DNA from: Balanoglossus misakiensis
Taxonomy: Eukaryota > Animalia > Hemichordata
Assembly: GCA_040954595.2 (NCBI GenBank)
Contig: CM082576.2
Span: 11,535,129-11,599,128 of the forward strand
Direction: 5' to 3'
Length of the DNA stretch: 64,000 bases
A program made the translations under genes and the position numbers. The notes below the pieces were generated by a model. It was not told where the DNA came from. It was given only the letters and a program-made list of their open reading frames with translations, and searched no databases. Position 1 is the first letter of the stretch. Each line of letters begins with the position of its first letter. This document shows positions 1 to 14,498 of this stretch, piece after piece.

Positions 1-3000
1 ATGCCTCGGGGGACAGGAAAAAAAATGAAACATAATTGCTGTCGGGCAACCATATGGAATGATATCACAGAAATAAATTAATATGCATTAACTGACACTG
101 CACCTTTAGAAAGTCGTCATTGTGCACAAAGTCTGATCTATGGTATAAGTTTACCTCCCAGGACTTTTACAATAGGACTGAATATGCCATTAGGCAAGTG
201 TGTATATAGAATTGATGTAGCTGATTTTATTTGAGCGATTTGCATATTATTTGCATATGATTTACATAAACCACACTTCCCAGCAAGTACATTACATCAT
301 GCATTAGGTGAACAGTGTGTCTTCTATGACTGTGTAACTTTGAAACTATAAACAGCCAATCAGTAATAAAAAATCTCCTGATATTGAATTATTCACCACA
401 CAGCAAATGAACACTGTTTGCGTGGTGTTTGATTCAGAGAGCAATCACGCCATTGGTTTAGTGTTCCCATGGAAAATCTTGGTGTACTGCAATACACGTG
501 GCAACTAGCACTTGGCAATTACGCAGACTGTCGCTATAATCTTCAGTTGTGTGGGTTGTGTGTGTTTTTTTTGTAAATGTCAGTGGAAATGCAGTCGGGT
601 TATTACTTTCACATTACCCGTGTGTCCTTTCGAGTCAGTTTGTTTCTCCCGGGTTGCAGGATATGCAATCGCGCTCCTCTGGGGCAATTTCTCCAGTTAC
701 ACTCGATGTAATATTACGCATACAGAAAAAAAAACGTTGCCGATAAGGCCACACTGAGCTGGAAATTGAACATTAGTCACTACACACAGGTGCTGGCAAC
801 TAAGTCAATGCGCGAGTCTCATTACGTTTGTGCTGACAAGGGGAGAAAATTCCCCCAGCGATTAGTACGTGCCTAGTATACTTGCGATTGTCCAGCTCAC
901 AAACACATATCCTGTTTTTTTCACCACTCTCTCTATTTTTTTTTCTGTGGGTGATGAAAGAAGACGCACTACAAGACACACGGCACGTTTGTCAATGAGA
1001 GCAGCTGCAGCAGATGCCATGGACAAAAATTCTGAGTTGTCGCGCGTGAATTAAGGAATTAAAATTTTGGTAGCTTTTTTCAATTCTACTCCTGTTTACA
1101 TTTGATTTGCCATGGGATATTTACGCTTACGTCATGACGCATAGCCAACTGAAGAGTTTCAAATTACAAAACAAATTAGTCTGATTAATTGTGCAAACTC
1201 CGCCGATGAATAAACCCATGGAAATTGTACAATGTCTGCACAAATGCAAAGACCGCCTGGCACAGACTGTGGTATTTTCCGTCTAAAAGTTTAGCATACA
1301 AATGACAACTGGGGGGCTGGTCACGCGTCGGTGCTCGACACAATTGAAATGTTTTGCTCTCAAACAATCCGAAAATTAAGACGCATTCAGAGAGGTGGGC
1401 AGCATTGGCGAGGGAGAGTTTTCCTGAGGCTGCGGCACACACAATGCACACTAGAGACTACAGCATTTCCTTGTAACAATAACAGCTCGGGGGTTCCCTT
1501 GATAGTCCGTTATGTTTTTCCACAAGTGGCCGAATGTTTCCACTTAAAACACGGGGAAAAAAGAAGGATGGTTTTCTCAATGCAGCTGTATACACCGTGT
1601 GATACTTTATTGGCCCACACTGTCCAACTATGGGTGAATTTGGCTTTTTTTTACAGCGAACTTAGATATTATTTAAGCAAACATGAATCATCCTATCTAT
1701 ATCTCAATATATAGGCACCTACGCATAGCCAGAGAACAAAACATCAAATTAGCTGCAAATCTTGGTGTGGTATTTAAAAAACAATTAAAGCCTGCCAGGG
1801 CCTAGGCTCTGTGATTCATCCCTGCTAACATGCTGGTACAAGCACTTTTTCTGAGGGCCAAAAGACGACGTCATTACATTCAAAACTTTAGTCTACCACG
1901 GCTGATATCCTCAATGAGGACGCATTGACCTTGCCGTAGTACATCGCTGATCTATCTTCTTTTTTTATCTTAAGTCCTTTTGAAAAAGCAGTTCAATTTT
2001 ACCGTGCACTCAATCTCACTCAAAACTCCTTCGTTTAGCGCAGCATGCAAAATGCCACTCCACATACAGGTAATGAAGACGACTTTATCTTGATATCAAT
2101 TCCGCGTGTCTACTCGGAAACAGAAACTTACCGAAGGACGAAAGGGCATTAATTTTGACAGACTAAGGGAGGAAAAATTAAAAGCGGGCAATTAACCCAT
2201 TATCTCGTTTAAGCCTATAGTGATTTTTTTTAATGATCGTGTAAAGACAAAGCTCCTCCAGTGAATATAAATGTTCCTCCGAGTGATGGATTCAGTCTTT
2301 TCTCTTCCTTATTTAAACTTAGGAAAGGAACGGATCTCACGTTAGCTCCAGGGTAAAAGCGTTCAATAATTCATTTTCTATTCCTTCCCTTTTAACCCAT
2401 CCTTGATAATACGTACAATTCTATGCCGCGGCAGGGTCAAAGGTCGGAGGTCGTACACGCTAAACCAGCATGTTTCCCGATGTAAACCACTGTTGGCGGT
2501 GGTCGGATGCAGTTTTGGGTGCTTTGGGTCGGCATTCAATTACCCGGCTTAATAGCTCCGTTTGCCCTGGATATTCAACTAGATAAAAAGCTAATGAATA
2601 CGCTTAACATCTCACCGAGTCAACGCGTGTCGCTGATCCAGGATTTGATAAAACTCGCTTCTGTCAGTCTGCGAGTTAGACAGCTTTTTACTCATCTTGT
2701 TTTTAAAGTGATTGTTTTTTTGTCTCAGCTGGACCATATTGTATCTGGATGCTTGCTACATGTACCTGGCAATTAATTGAAGCCGCAAGATGAACTCATT
2801 ACTGGAAAAAGAAATTGAGCACAAGGTCCTCTCTTGATCGATCTGGACAGGATGCAACTGTGGCAATTAATCGACCTTTCAACCACAATGGTTCAGTCCA
2901 AACCCATTGTTTTTCTATGGTTAGACATCTGAGGAAGGACCTGTATGGGGGTGAGAGGGTGAAGTCAGAACTCCTGACTATACATCATCATGATCTACTT

Positions 3001-6000
3001 TGGCCACACTGGCCTTCTAGTGTGGCAAACTATAGTGGCACATCCCATTGTCATCAGAAAAAAACCCACACTGACCATCATTTGATAATACAGAATCAGA
3101 TTCTGCATTGTGTATGTAAATGACAGGCCAGTTTTGTCTAGAAATACCGTGAGCCAACGGCACAAAAAAACAGTAAAGGGTTAAATCATCCAACAGCTCA
3201 AGTTGCAACATTAGATGGTACAACGAAAGATGTCGGCTGATTATTAGCTTGCGTTTGCTTATGTATTTGGAAACACACTGGAATGCTGAGGAACAAAATG
3301 ACTGAGGGAATCACAGAAAATATAAGCTTACAAGACTTCCCTGAGCCTACGACTTCTGCTTGGAGCCTTAATTAAGTTACTCCGATCTATAAAAGGATCA
3401 CGTAACTGTCTAAGCTCAGACCTCATTTCTTTCTCCGGGATCAAACTTTAAGTGTATTAAAAGTAACTATTCTTATACGTCTGCCATGAGGATTATAAGC
3501 AACTTATACTCTGTCATTTGTGGAACATACAATAAAATGCAGTGTAGTGCAATAAAGATATGATTAAAATGTCTGTCTGAGGTATTTTGATAGAAGGTAA
3601 AACCATAGCCAAAATGGTCCAATTGCTCAAGTCAATGATAAAGGCATGAAATTACCATTCATTAGTCATTTTTAAGCATTTCCTAAATGAAGCAGTCTAA
3701 CTTTACCCTTTCAGCAAGACTATACAAGATAATACTCACATTCTGTACCATCAAATTCATTAACATTAATTACTGTAACAGAATACACCTTGCCATTACC
3801 CCGTAAAGTTAAGAAACAGACAGAAACCTAAAGATCAGGACGCATATGAAATGGAATACTCTGGCATTGCAGAGAACACAGGTCTTGACAGACGACAAGT
3901 TTTGAACCCTGGCTGTACACACCCGAGCATATAGCATTGATTCCACTATTTTAATATTTTATCACAACCTCTGGTATGAGATTTGGATTTGACTTTTATT
4001 TTTTTTTAACGACACTGGGCCACTACCGTCCATCAAATATGCATAGCATGATGTGTGATCTGTATCACTGGTTCCCAACCCCCCGACCATGGAACACACA
4101 GAATTGTATGTACACGGTGTGGACTGTGTCACTGGCTGTCACACCCGGCGGCACGATATGTTGACGTTTGTCAACTGAGAACAGTCAATCCTTTAATACA
4201 CAATGAACAACTCATCCTTGGCTCAGTAACTTTATACTTTTTTTTAGTCTAATCGTAACCCGCTATGCGTCTGCAAGGGATTAAGCCCTATATAATATTA
4301 ATCAAGTATTCCACCACACACACGGAACCCTACAGTAGTGACATTAAAGCGCTTATAGAACCATAGCCTCCTTCGAGATCAGTTATTTTTTTTTTATATT
4401 TTCAACAAACAAGCTTCAACACAGAAGGCCTTAGAATTAAAGCCCCTTGAGCTGCAACTTTTGGGAAATTATCATGAAATTTATTTTTCAAACTGTACTG
4501 ATATTAGGCTATATATATGTGTGCACTGAAGTATATACAAGTTTTATAAACCCCAAGTTTGAGTGCATTTGCAAGTTTTAACCAAATAAATAATAAGCTT
4601 TGCCCTAAAGGAATATGGCATTAAACGCACATCCGAGATTATTTAAAGCTCTAAAGTTGTTGATGGATTTGCAGCTTATTATGGCTTTAATCCAGTCAAA
4701 TCATAAATTCTGAATGTTACCCTTAAAGGGAATGGGTCGTCACACCGCATGGGTGTCCCCCTTGATGAGAATATGTCCTCCCATACCAGCGCAAACCTCA
4801 CTGAAGTCGCCACGACCTACTAGGATCTTCAGTTGCTGTCATGTCCAGTCTGCGCTACGGTTGTGAACCCCAGAACACAATTACAGACAGACAGGCATGC
4901 AGACAGACAGACCTAAGTTGTCACATTTAGAGGTTGCTTATGACAACAGGCCCCTTAAGATATTCACAAGTGGCTCACCACAATTATCTTCGACTCATTC
5001 AAGTTTTTTTTTCAATTTACGCACACTGACATAGTCTGAGCCCAGCTTGCTAAAAAAAACACGCAACTCAAAACAAACCATTTTCTCTTGCATGACCGAA
5101 AATCACTCTCAGTACAAGTCTTGTTTTTCAGTGGGCGAATTCGATGTACGCTGGGAGACACTGATCACGGAATGTGAAAGATAAGCTGCACTTGAAATGA
5201 CAAAAACCTGAATGCCAGAGAAAGCGGCCAGTAATTGGATTTCACAGTAAGATATATCGTGAAACCGTAGCCACAGAACACAGCAACCTCAACCACTATA
5301 AATAGACGGAGACTCTTTGAGCGATGCATTCATGGGCGATGCTTAAACGGGGAAATAATTTTAATCTTCCAGCTTATATAACATCTTTCACTTTACAACA
5401 CCTTTAATAGAGTTGCTTGATGTGCCAGCAAGCTGCACAACGCGCTGAAATAGCTATTTTTATTCTTCGCTCTTTTTTTCCTGCTCTTTTATTTTTTCAA
5501 TAAATATAACATGAGAAACACATGCTTTTCATGTAATTCTTGTACAGGCCTGTGACTTTCAGGGTCGGGGGTCACAAGCGACTCAACCACCATGCCGATG
5601 GTCAATTACACCAATTGGTGTGAAATGATTGACAGCTGCTCGTCGACGAGCAGGCATTATCTGGCAGTGCCCCTTGCATAAACATATGAAAGGTGTCTAT
5701 CTTCAGAAAAACCCACTGCACGTCAGATGAATGACGGCAATGAATCAAATGCTGCTTTATAATCCCGGATCATCCAGAGATCTTTGTGTTATTATAACAT
5801 ATTGTTGTTGTTTTTCCGTCCGCCATAAGTTAAGCCTGCAAATAATGCGATGCTTACCTAGCACAGCAGATGGTGATGGTGCTAGCTTATACTGTCACAA
5901 TATCAGAAATGTAGGGCATATAACAGAGGTAATATATAAATAAAATACAAAATATACAAGTCAATAAAATATGCGCAAATGATGTAGCGTGTAAGGGAAT

Positions 6001-6058
6001 TTATCAAACTGAGCTCTCTGATGAATTTAAGAAGACTATCCATGATGTTGCTGGACTG

Positions 6059-6088
<30 letters not shown>
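6059..6088. repeat. (TCAA)n microsatellite
   Basis: About 7 tandem TCAA units. Confidence 0.95.
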
Positions 6089-6089
<1 letters not shown>

Positions 6090-9000
6090 GTCAGCTGATG
6101 AAGAACAAACAAAAATACTAGGACACAACGAACTTGCTTGGAGGAGTGAACTGAAGACACACAGCCGATGGCAAATCGTACTTTTCTCCCCTCACAGTGG
6201 ATCACAGACAACCATGCTTGGAATGTTTACTCCTTCAATTCAATTTGATCAAGAGACGAGCGACTGTTGACAAGGTCTTCTGGAGAAACGTACATTTGTC
6301 TTATTGAATTGTCTCGAACAACCACGGTCTAATGGAATGAAAGTGCAGGGTCCCCGGTACGAGCGACTCGGACATTCAGACGCACTGATAAACCTAGAAG
6401 ATTATTGGCAATTACAGTGATACGAGGCGGTCTTGTCATCTGTGGTTGCTCCGCAGAACACGATTAAGTGTGTGATAAACTGGTATGGGATACAGAATGT
6501 GCGTTTTGTTATATCATCAAAACATGTCTTCAATGAATCCGTCACGTTTTTTTCTCTCTATTGTACATTGCCTTCACCAAAAGTGTCACTGCATGGTCTG
6601 TGTGCAAAAAATCTAAAACCCATGATCCATCAGGAATGACTTAAATACATGTACAAGTAAGGGGATTATTATAGATTTGAAGATGTTTTACAAAACCATG
6701 TCTCTTTATTCTGCACTTGTTTTTATTTAATAACAGATGATTGACACAAGCTGTGGATTCAATGACACTATTTAATATCGTCTGGACTTCAATAATTCAA
6801 CCACTAACGCACATTTGTACAAAATTGTCACAAATTGTTTTATGTATTATAGGTTGATTGTCCACATATGCTATGCCTCGGGCTTTAATTTAAACCAATT
6901 TCTGAAAAAAATTGCAGACACACAGTAGAAAATCTGATAAAATTATACAACAAACCAGAGAGACATTCAATATAAAAATTTAAATGGAAATTTGAGTTTC
7001 AGGTTAATTATCACAGAGAAATAAGACGGCCACCTTTATTAACATCCAATTGTACCGCAGACTTATTATGCAACAACATCGGAGAGTGGCAGCCGGTTTT
7101 CACGAGTTTCCGTTGTCCTGGACTGCATATCAATGCACTTCACCAGGCGATGTGCAGTAATGAGCCTAGCGACACTCCTGCTGACCCACAATTAACGAGG
7201 AGATTGGTATTTAGGACGATATTATGCATTAATCGCATCCCGTAACCATTAACGCTCTACCAGAAACATAATGAGGTGCGAGATACGTGATACGCATGTT
7301 CCGGACTATTAAAAACTGAAATTGCATCCTTGCCAGTGTTTCAACTCTGGGGCGCATCTGAAGACTTGGAGATTTTCTGGGTCCAGCATGATCACATAAT
7401 AAACTTGCATAGCAAACTCTTTTTCTGTGTGACATGCTGAACAGTGGGTATTATATACTGGTAAAATTTCTTAAACTTCTTATAATCGGAATGCCAGGGT
7501 CATATTGGATGAGTTGTTCTACAGTGTCATGTAGTCTACATTCACACAAACAGCCGAGAGTCGATCAGTCCTCGTTCATAACGATTCATCGCTCTACGCT
7601 TCATGAAATTTTTTTCTGGAATTTACACAGAATATATGTTTTGAACAGTTGCAGTAATCCCGACCACCTGTTGACACTACCTGAACTTTTTCAACAATCG
7701 ATGTGAGAGTGACATTGTACTCGTTCTTTTGTACATAATGATTAAAAACCTGATATCTTTTAGAACCTAGACCTTTAAGTAACCAAGCAACAGCTCCACT
7801 GGATGATTGAATCCATCGCAGAAGCGTTTAACGACACAAGAGCTCCGGTGACACAGAAATCTCTGTGGGTTAATGCAGGTTCAAACTTGTGATTTCCTCT
7901 TCCTGCTCTGTGAAAATGGCGCGATACTTGCCGAGCGCTTTTAAAGTGGCGTTTGATTTCTGGTCGGTGGAGAAGCGTGCCTCTTTCATCTAGAACGCGG
8001 CAAATAAAGGGTGAATTCTGTCCCCCTTTTTGCCATAACTATATAGGGTATAGGGATTTAGAATTCAGGCGAAGGGATATGAACAGATGTTGGCGTGTAT
8101 GGGCTACATTTGTCCAATTATGTCAATCCCCCTTCAAAGTTTGACAGGCAGACCAGGGGCGTTGTTTGTTCAAAGTGCATACGCACTCCCGCAATCTTTG
8201 CAGCCCAGGCAAAACGCAGCCGTAAAGTACATTGACACTGGTATATCTGTTAATGTGGCACACATGAATTCAGTTTCTGTGGACTGAAAAGTGAGGGTTC
8301 TGTGCGTGGCCTCGAAGATACATGGATGAGCTCTGTGTGAGCTGCCTACTGTTACTTTTGTTGATTACATGCAGTTTCCGCACAATTGGAAAGGACAATC
8401 CCTGGATCTGCAGCCACAATGTGTTCAGCAAATTTTACAGAAAAGAATAACGCCTCTTTAATTTCCACCATACAGTGCTACTTTAATAGCAATCTGTCAC
8501 AACTGTGTCAGATGTACACCCCTTTACGGTATCAAAATGATGTTGACTGCAAAATACAACTTTCAATTACAGATTATTATTCTATACTGCCTTAATGGTG
8601 TTAATGGAGCAATATATGCTTCCATATAAATTTGTTGAGTGTGTGTTGTTCCAATACAGCTGAATCATCGCCGTTCCCTACATCTGATTTTAATCAGATT
8701 GAATCATTTGTTGTGTGCACCTGTATTATTAGTTTGTAAGCAAAAACTGAAACACTATATTTTTATATTCTACACTATCTGAAGGGAATCATTATGTCCA
8801 CCGAAGACACCAGAAATAAGCCAGATTAAGTCAGAGGCACAAAGAGTGATTTATGGCTGGAAATATTGCCTTCCAGGTTAACAACAGCCCCGTATCTCTC
8901 GTTTCTTAATCAACCTTATGTAATAAAGGCAAGTACCGGGCAAAAGATAACTAACTTTCTCTGTCATTTTTCTTCATTCCTTGCCCTTCCTGTGTAAACC

Positions 9001-11390
9001 AATTTGAGATCTTTTCCAGTCCGCGGAGTACAGCGAGCAATTGATGAGCGAATTGAGAAGCGCATAGGTCAATAACATCCTGCACACAGCATGCTGCCAG
9101 CGTTTTGGTCAAATTACCTGAATGGCACACATCTGAATCTTTCATAAAGCCCATCTATTAAAGAAAATGTTTTCCGATAAAATGAACGAAAGGCCGCTCA
9201 CGACAGGATGACTTGTGCAGTTTAAAATGCTTCCAGTAAAACGTTTTTTCCCCGATGATTTCAAAATACAATAAAGTGGCTGATGTTATAAGGTTTTATG
9301 GCGAACATTAAACAGTAACCGAGGAAAAGGAAACTTAGATGTTTTTTTTTTTTGCATTTACTGGAAGAATCTTTTGATTTTATATGGAGCATGGTTCCAG
9401 CTTGGTGTTCTCTACATTTCACTGAATCTGCACATTTTATTTGTCTAACCTGACAATTTTTAAAGAAGGAAAAGTCAATCTGCTCTGTAACACTGCATTC
9501 TTGGTATCTACCGGGCAATCTACATTTTGTATATTTATTACATAGTGCAATGGTACATATATTCAGCACAGATCGCTGAGTATCAAAAGAGTTTAAGTAT
9601 TGACATCACAACAAGCATGCTAGGTGTCCGCAGGGAGTCAGTGGCATAGCTAGAATCGTACGATACTCTCAAAAATGTGTAAAATGTTTATAGCTCTCTT
9701 CCACAAACAGATGAAATGTCACGACAGGTCACATTTGGGAAATGGTAAACTGCGGTCTTTTTTTAAAAAAGCTACGAGCGCCAGCCAAAATGCAGCTCAC
9801 ATTCCTTGTTGACCGAACTTCCCAGGCAGTAATGCTATCACATTTATGACACAATTTAAAGTTCAATAAAATTAATAGGTCACGGCTGCTGCAAATTGCT
9901 TTTTGTAGAGGGCGCCATACTTGTTACATATTGTAAAGAGTGTTTAATTTTTTCAATTCATTCACACCAGGGGTATTACTAAAGATTCTCAGCTAAAAAT
10001 GTCTTTGTATTTCTGTTTCACAATTTCCATTTGCTTAAAGCCGTGCATTTGATTTTTTTCTGCGGATAAAATGAAGTCTTTCTTGAAGCGTTCCCAGTAG
10101 TGTAATACAAATATATAGGGAAAATATTCTCAGCTGTTCATATAATCAGATATATATTATAACAATTATTAGTACGATATATTATTGCTACAAATGCCTC
10201 TTCACATATGTACACTCCATGTAATAAATCACACTTTCTAGGGCAAATCTGAAAGAACTGTACACAGTTATCTTCAATGAAAATTGTGGATTAGCAAAAA
10301 AAAAACATGTTACAGGTAATATGCAGAGCCACCTTAATCAAGATTGGCAATTTGATTGGGATCCACTCTTTTGTCAGTTCAGGGGGTCAAGTCACAGAGT
10401 AAGGAATTTTAAATCTACAATTATACTCAAAGTCTATTAAGATAATGAGAGAAATAGATGATGAACGCTGTTTAGATTATCATCATGTCTAATCTTTGAT
10501 ATTTCAGTTTAATTTAATGAAGACAAAAAATGTATTCCATGAGAACACTATTATTTATTGATTCTATATGGGTAGTCTGTCATCTGACAAACAAACTTTG
10601 TGAGACCTTTGGGTCAATTAGAGAATTTGTGAAAATTCCTTCGAGTCAAACCCATTTATTACATTTGAAACAAAATTTCCTTGATTGACGAAGAACCCTC
10701 AAAAGTCAGCGGTGTGCCACATTAGCGCAGCAGCACATTGCTAATAGACAATAATCTAATACTCCCAACTGTATTACAAATCGTACTGCTGACGGACTGA
10801 AAAAAAAACACTTGGAGACTCATGAAAATTTAACTTTATTTTGTTAACATTAAATTATTGAGTAATGTTTTGGCAGTGTTTCCTCTGGGAGTTTTATCAT
10901 TTTATTTTTGTCACTAACATCCTCTAAAATGTGAATATATAATTTCGGTTTTTGTGACCCAAAACAAAAAAAATGTTTACACAAGGTTTGTATTTATATA
11001 GTGCAATTAATGATGGCATGATTATACATCAGGCTGACATTCAGCAATGTTGACAGTGTCTCCAGCAGACTGGCTATTTCAGTGACTGCCTCAGTCAAAT
11101 GATCTCAGAGTCCACTTCATTTCATGTGATATATCATGCTGTACAACTGCATTGATACGGATAGAACAAGCATGCAGCCAATATTAAGTCGCTTTAACCC
11201 ACCACAGTCCCCCTATCACACCTACCATTTTTAATTTGGAATCATAAAGCTCTTCTCCACACTCAACTTTTGATAACCTTTTCAACTTAGCTCGTGTGAA
11301 TACATGCATAAGTTAAAGCTCCATTAGCTGTAACTTTTTCGCTATGTTTTCAGTATGTTTGTTTTGTGTATATCTACTGCAGTTTCTTGT

Positions 11391-12078
11391 TCACAACCCC
11401 GAAACATCATGAAATGCCCATTGTCCATCTGCAAAATTTGTATTCTAGTCCGGATAAGAATTCATTTGTCAACAATAGCAATGGCTGTCACTTTTACACA
11501 CTGGCGTTAGCAGAGCACTGGGTATATTGGCATGCTGTTTGGAGTAGAACAGGAAATTGCAATTGGTACACAGAACAAAAAACTGAAAATAAAGGCAAAC
11601 GTTACAGCTTATGTCCCTTACCAACTTTCTCTGTCTGTCTGTCTGTATCTGCAATGAAATGCACTGGGTGGTCAACAACTGTACCCATCAGTGACCCACC
11701 AGTACATTCATTGCAGCTACAAAAAAGTGCTTTGGTAAAGACAGTCATGTCTACGTGCGGGATGTACCACTTCACAGTCGTGCGACTTTGGCAACGCAAC
11801 GTGGACCATGCTGGTACAGCAGTATAGAGACGACGTTTGTTATGTGAAAACAACATGACACGCCCACCTTTTGCGGAAATGGCATCCGTGGCTTGTTCTT
11901 TTCGTTCCTCTTCTACGAGTTCCGTCAAGACAGAGTTTACATCCTCCTGTAATTTCCGCAGAGATTCATGTGTCCTTTTCAATTGGCTTTTACCTCCTCC
12001 AGCGCTGACTGGGTAGCTAATTTCCCTCTGTTCTCCCGACTTCAACGTCAACACAGCAGACAGCATGGGTGTCGCCAT
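11391..12078 (-). CDS. GON7: EKC/KEOPS complex subunit GON7-like protein (~91 aa, 3 predicted exons)
   Basis: Exon 1 (12078-11868, donor GTGGGC) encodes MATPMLSAVLTLKSGEQREISYP...LRKLQEDVNSVLTELVEEE, resembling the Gon7 helix (yeast LTGLQDDINEFLT, recalled). Phase-consistent exons follow at 11648-11622 (TTGCAG/GTAAGG) and 11428-11391 (TGA stop). The 3' exons are less certain than exon 1. Confidence 0.7.
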
Positions 12079-12211
12079 TTTGGGTCAACGGACATGCTCA
12101 GTGGGTCCAGGACAATTGACCTCGTAGGAGGTTGACACTGCAGGTGAAGATGATTGTAGGTGACTGCTCCTTCTCTTGACTGTGGCCACGCGATCTTTAG
12201 CCTGATGTCGT
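12079..12211. promoter_or_regulatory. Probable bidirectional promoter and first non-coding exon (GON7 vs C14orf119 unit)
   Basis: A very short gap lies upstream of the GON7 ATG (minus-strand context AAAATGGCG, YY1-like), followed by a plus-strand consensus donor GTAAGT at 12210. Confidence 0.45.
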
Positions 12212-12228
12212 AAGTGTGTTAGTCAAAA

Positions 12229-12293
12229 GTGGTGAGAGTGTCCGGCTATGGCTGCAACGTCTCCCAAAACCAGTAACCGGACACTCTCGCCAC
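12229..12293 (+). repeat. 65-nt inverted repeat / hairpin
   Basis: GTGGTGAGAGTGTCCGG (12229-12245) pairs with CCGGACACTCTCGCCAC (12277-12293) with one G-U pair. The stem extends to ~22 bp with one mismatch and one bulge. Confidence 0.8.
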
Positions 12294-12852
12294 ACATTGC
12301 ATGAATGTGGGATGGTCTAAAATGTTATGAGATTGAGGGCTACACATTTGGGGTATCGTAGTGGTAAAGGAAAATGGTTTATAACAGCATACAGTAAGTA
12401 AAACTGTCCAGCTTGTAGCAGAAACAAATCATGTGGTTCGTACAGTGTATGACAGTTGGTGTGTGGTACATGTAGATCCTTTTTGATGGGGCGCTGTTAT
12501 TTTGTTTTGGCCTATTTTAGTTGTTGCACTGATTTGTCAATGATGAGGTTTATTACCAGAAATAATAATAAGAGCAAATCCACCTGCATCAACTCATTGT
12601 TACAGCTATAGCTTTGCTGGAACTAAGTAGGTTTTTTCATTAAAATGGACGCAGCTGACTTTTGAAGTTTTGAGTAATCACTAATATTGATTGCTACTTG
12701 TCTAGATGAAAAACAAGGAATGGGCGGTGGCTGCTTTGGGATGGTTTGCGTAGTGGCTATTGAGTCTAATTGTGATTTGCTCACTCCTGTTTGTGGATGC
12801 AGGGAAGGAGATGTGAGCACACCCAAAAAACTTGACAATTGCTTCGGGTGCG

Positions 12853-12866
12853 GTAACCATGGAAAC
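12853..12866. promoter_or_regulatory. RFX X-box-like motif
   Basis: GTAACCATGGAAAC closely fits the X-box pattern GTNNCC-AT-GGNAAC. Confidence 0.4.
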
Positions 12867-14462
12867 AACAAACGAACGTGGCGCAAACATTCCATCTACA
12901 TAGGTTTCTGACATTGGTATAAAACGACAAGGTCGAAATTGCAAATTCAAGTTTGGCGTTCCAATGGCTGGCTATTAGGGACTTTTACATTTGCGATTCA
13001 TTTTAGACGAATAAACTTGCGAAGATTTACGAGCACCGCATCTGCATATCATGGTGTGGTGACTCAGAGACAGGTTTCTCAAAACATCATGACGATTGTC
13101 TACTCTCCATCGCACAAAAAATTTACACCTTTTTTGTGATTTGCGGGAGTCCATTATAGAGAGACAGTAACCACTTGATATAGCAGCGGATTGAGTTATT
13201 GCCCCTGTGTGGAACGTGCTCTGTTGCCAGTATCTTCTGAAAGGCTCATCCTACTTCTCCACGAGGGTCGCATTATCTCGTGTTGCGTTATGAAAATCGC
13301 CCGACCTGACCCCACGCAGGACTCCACAGTGCAATTACGCAGATATTACTGTATGATTTACAGGGAATTAGCCAGAAAAGAATAAAAAGTTGTTACTGAG
13401 ATTGGTATTATATCACTCTGACGATGTATTACATTGCGTCATTTTGTGTTTTTATGACTATAGACTACCCACTGCCTGAATACAAAAAAATAATAGAATG
13501 CCAAGATTCATGCTGGAAAGCACTCTCGAGATCAGACTCAAAACACTAATTTTAATCCTTTCTCCAGTTTTCTTGCGTAAAAGTCCAACCCTGTCCCCAT
13601 AGATCTCTGAAAGATCTATGGGGGCTGGGCAGGGCTTCAACAACATGTCGGTGGTAAACACCCAAAGATGGGGGAGACTGTGTTTCAAACTGGAAATCTA
13701 CACTCTTGCAAGCCAGCGCTGTATTTCCATTCCATGTACCGGTACAAGCACTGATATGCAAGAATTAAATGTTCATGGTGACGCAGCTAGACATTGCAAC
13801 AAAGAGGCCTGTGGTTTATTGCGATGATGTAAATCCGACTGCAGCTGTTGCAGTCTTGGCTTTTGACTTGTGCCATTTGAACTAGAGCCAGGCCCCGTAC
13901 GTTATTTGTAGCGTACTCAGTTGCCATGCATTTAGTTGAGCATTAGTGGTAAACCACAAACTCCCCAAGATGGGGGAGACTTCATAGTTCAGGGTGTTTT
14001 TTATCCACTTAGTAATTTGAACAGTTTTATCAGAATTTATATTATTCAGAGATGCTTAATTAAATGCTGGATTAATTGAGCAGCCTTTGTGTTTTCAGTT
14101 CAAATAAGGGAAGGAAGAAAGGGCCGGAAAACCCCCCAGAAGAATTGATAAATTTTCGAAGGATGTGTTGTTTAAAAGTGAAGTCATGACTGGAATGCCA
14201 GAGAGCCGTTTTGCAAGCCGCGGGTTTTACGAGGGATTTACATCTGTATCTTTTGATAGTAAAGTGAGGTCATTGAAGAGTACAAGATTCACATAAAACC
14301 AATCTAATTAGGAACTGTTCTGATGGCGCAATGATTCACTCTTTAGCGTCGTTGCGCCGAGATGTATCCACCGACCAGAAGTGTCCTCGGTGACATATGC
14401 ACACCGAACGGGCCGTACATCACGAGGTTATTTACAGCCTCCGTGCCGGAAAGCAGGGCTGC

Positions 14463-14498
14463 GAGAGGGAGAGATATGAGAGAGAGAGAGTGAGAGAG
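14463..14498. repeat. Interrupted (GA)n tract
   Basis: GA-rich run just upstream of the CpG-rich segment at 14500-14885. Confidence 0.85.

Noticed and set aside
4724-4958. TTAAAGGG...CCCCTTAA suggesting another Kolobok MITE
   Set aside because: Inverted-repeat similarity is too short and degenerate to support a call.
1-11300. Many 60-127 aa ORFs in the track
   Set aside because: No recognisable motifs, many non-ATG starts, low-complexity composition and no consistent exon chain; treated as chance ORFs.
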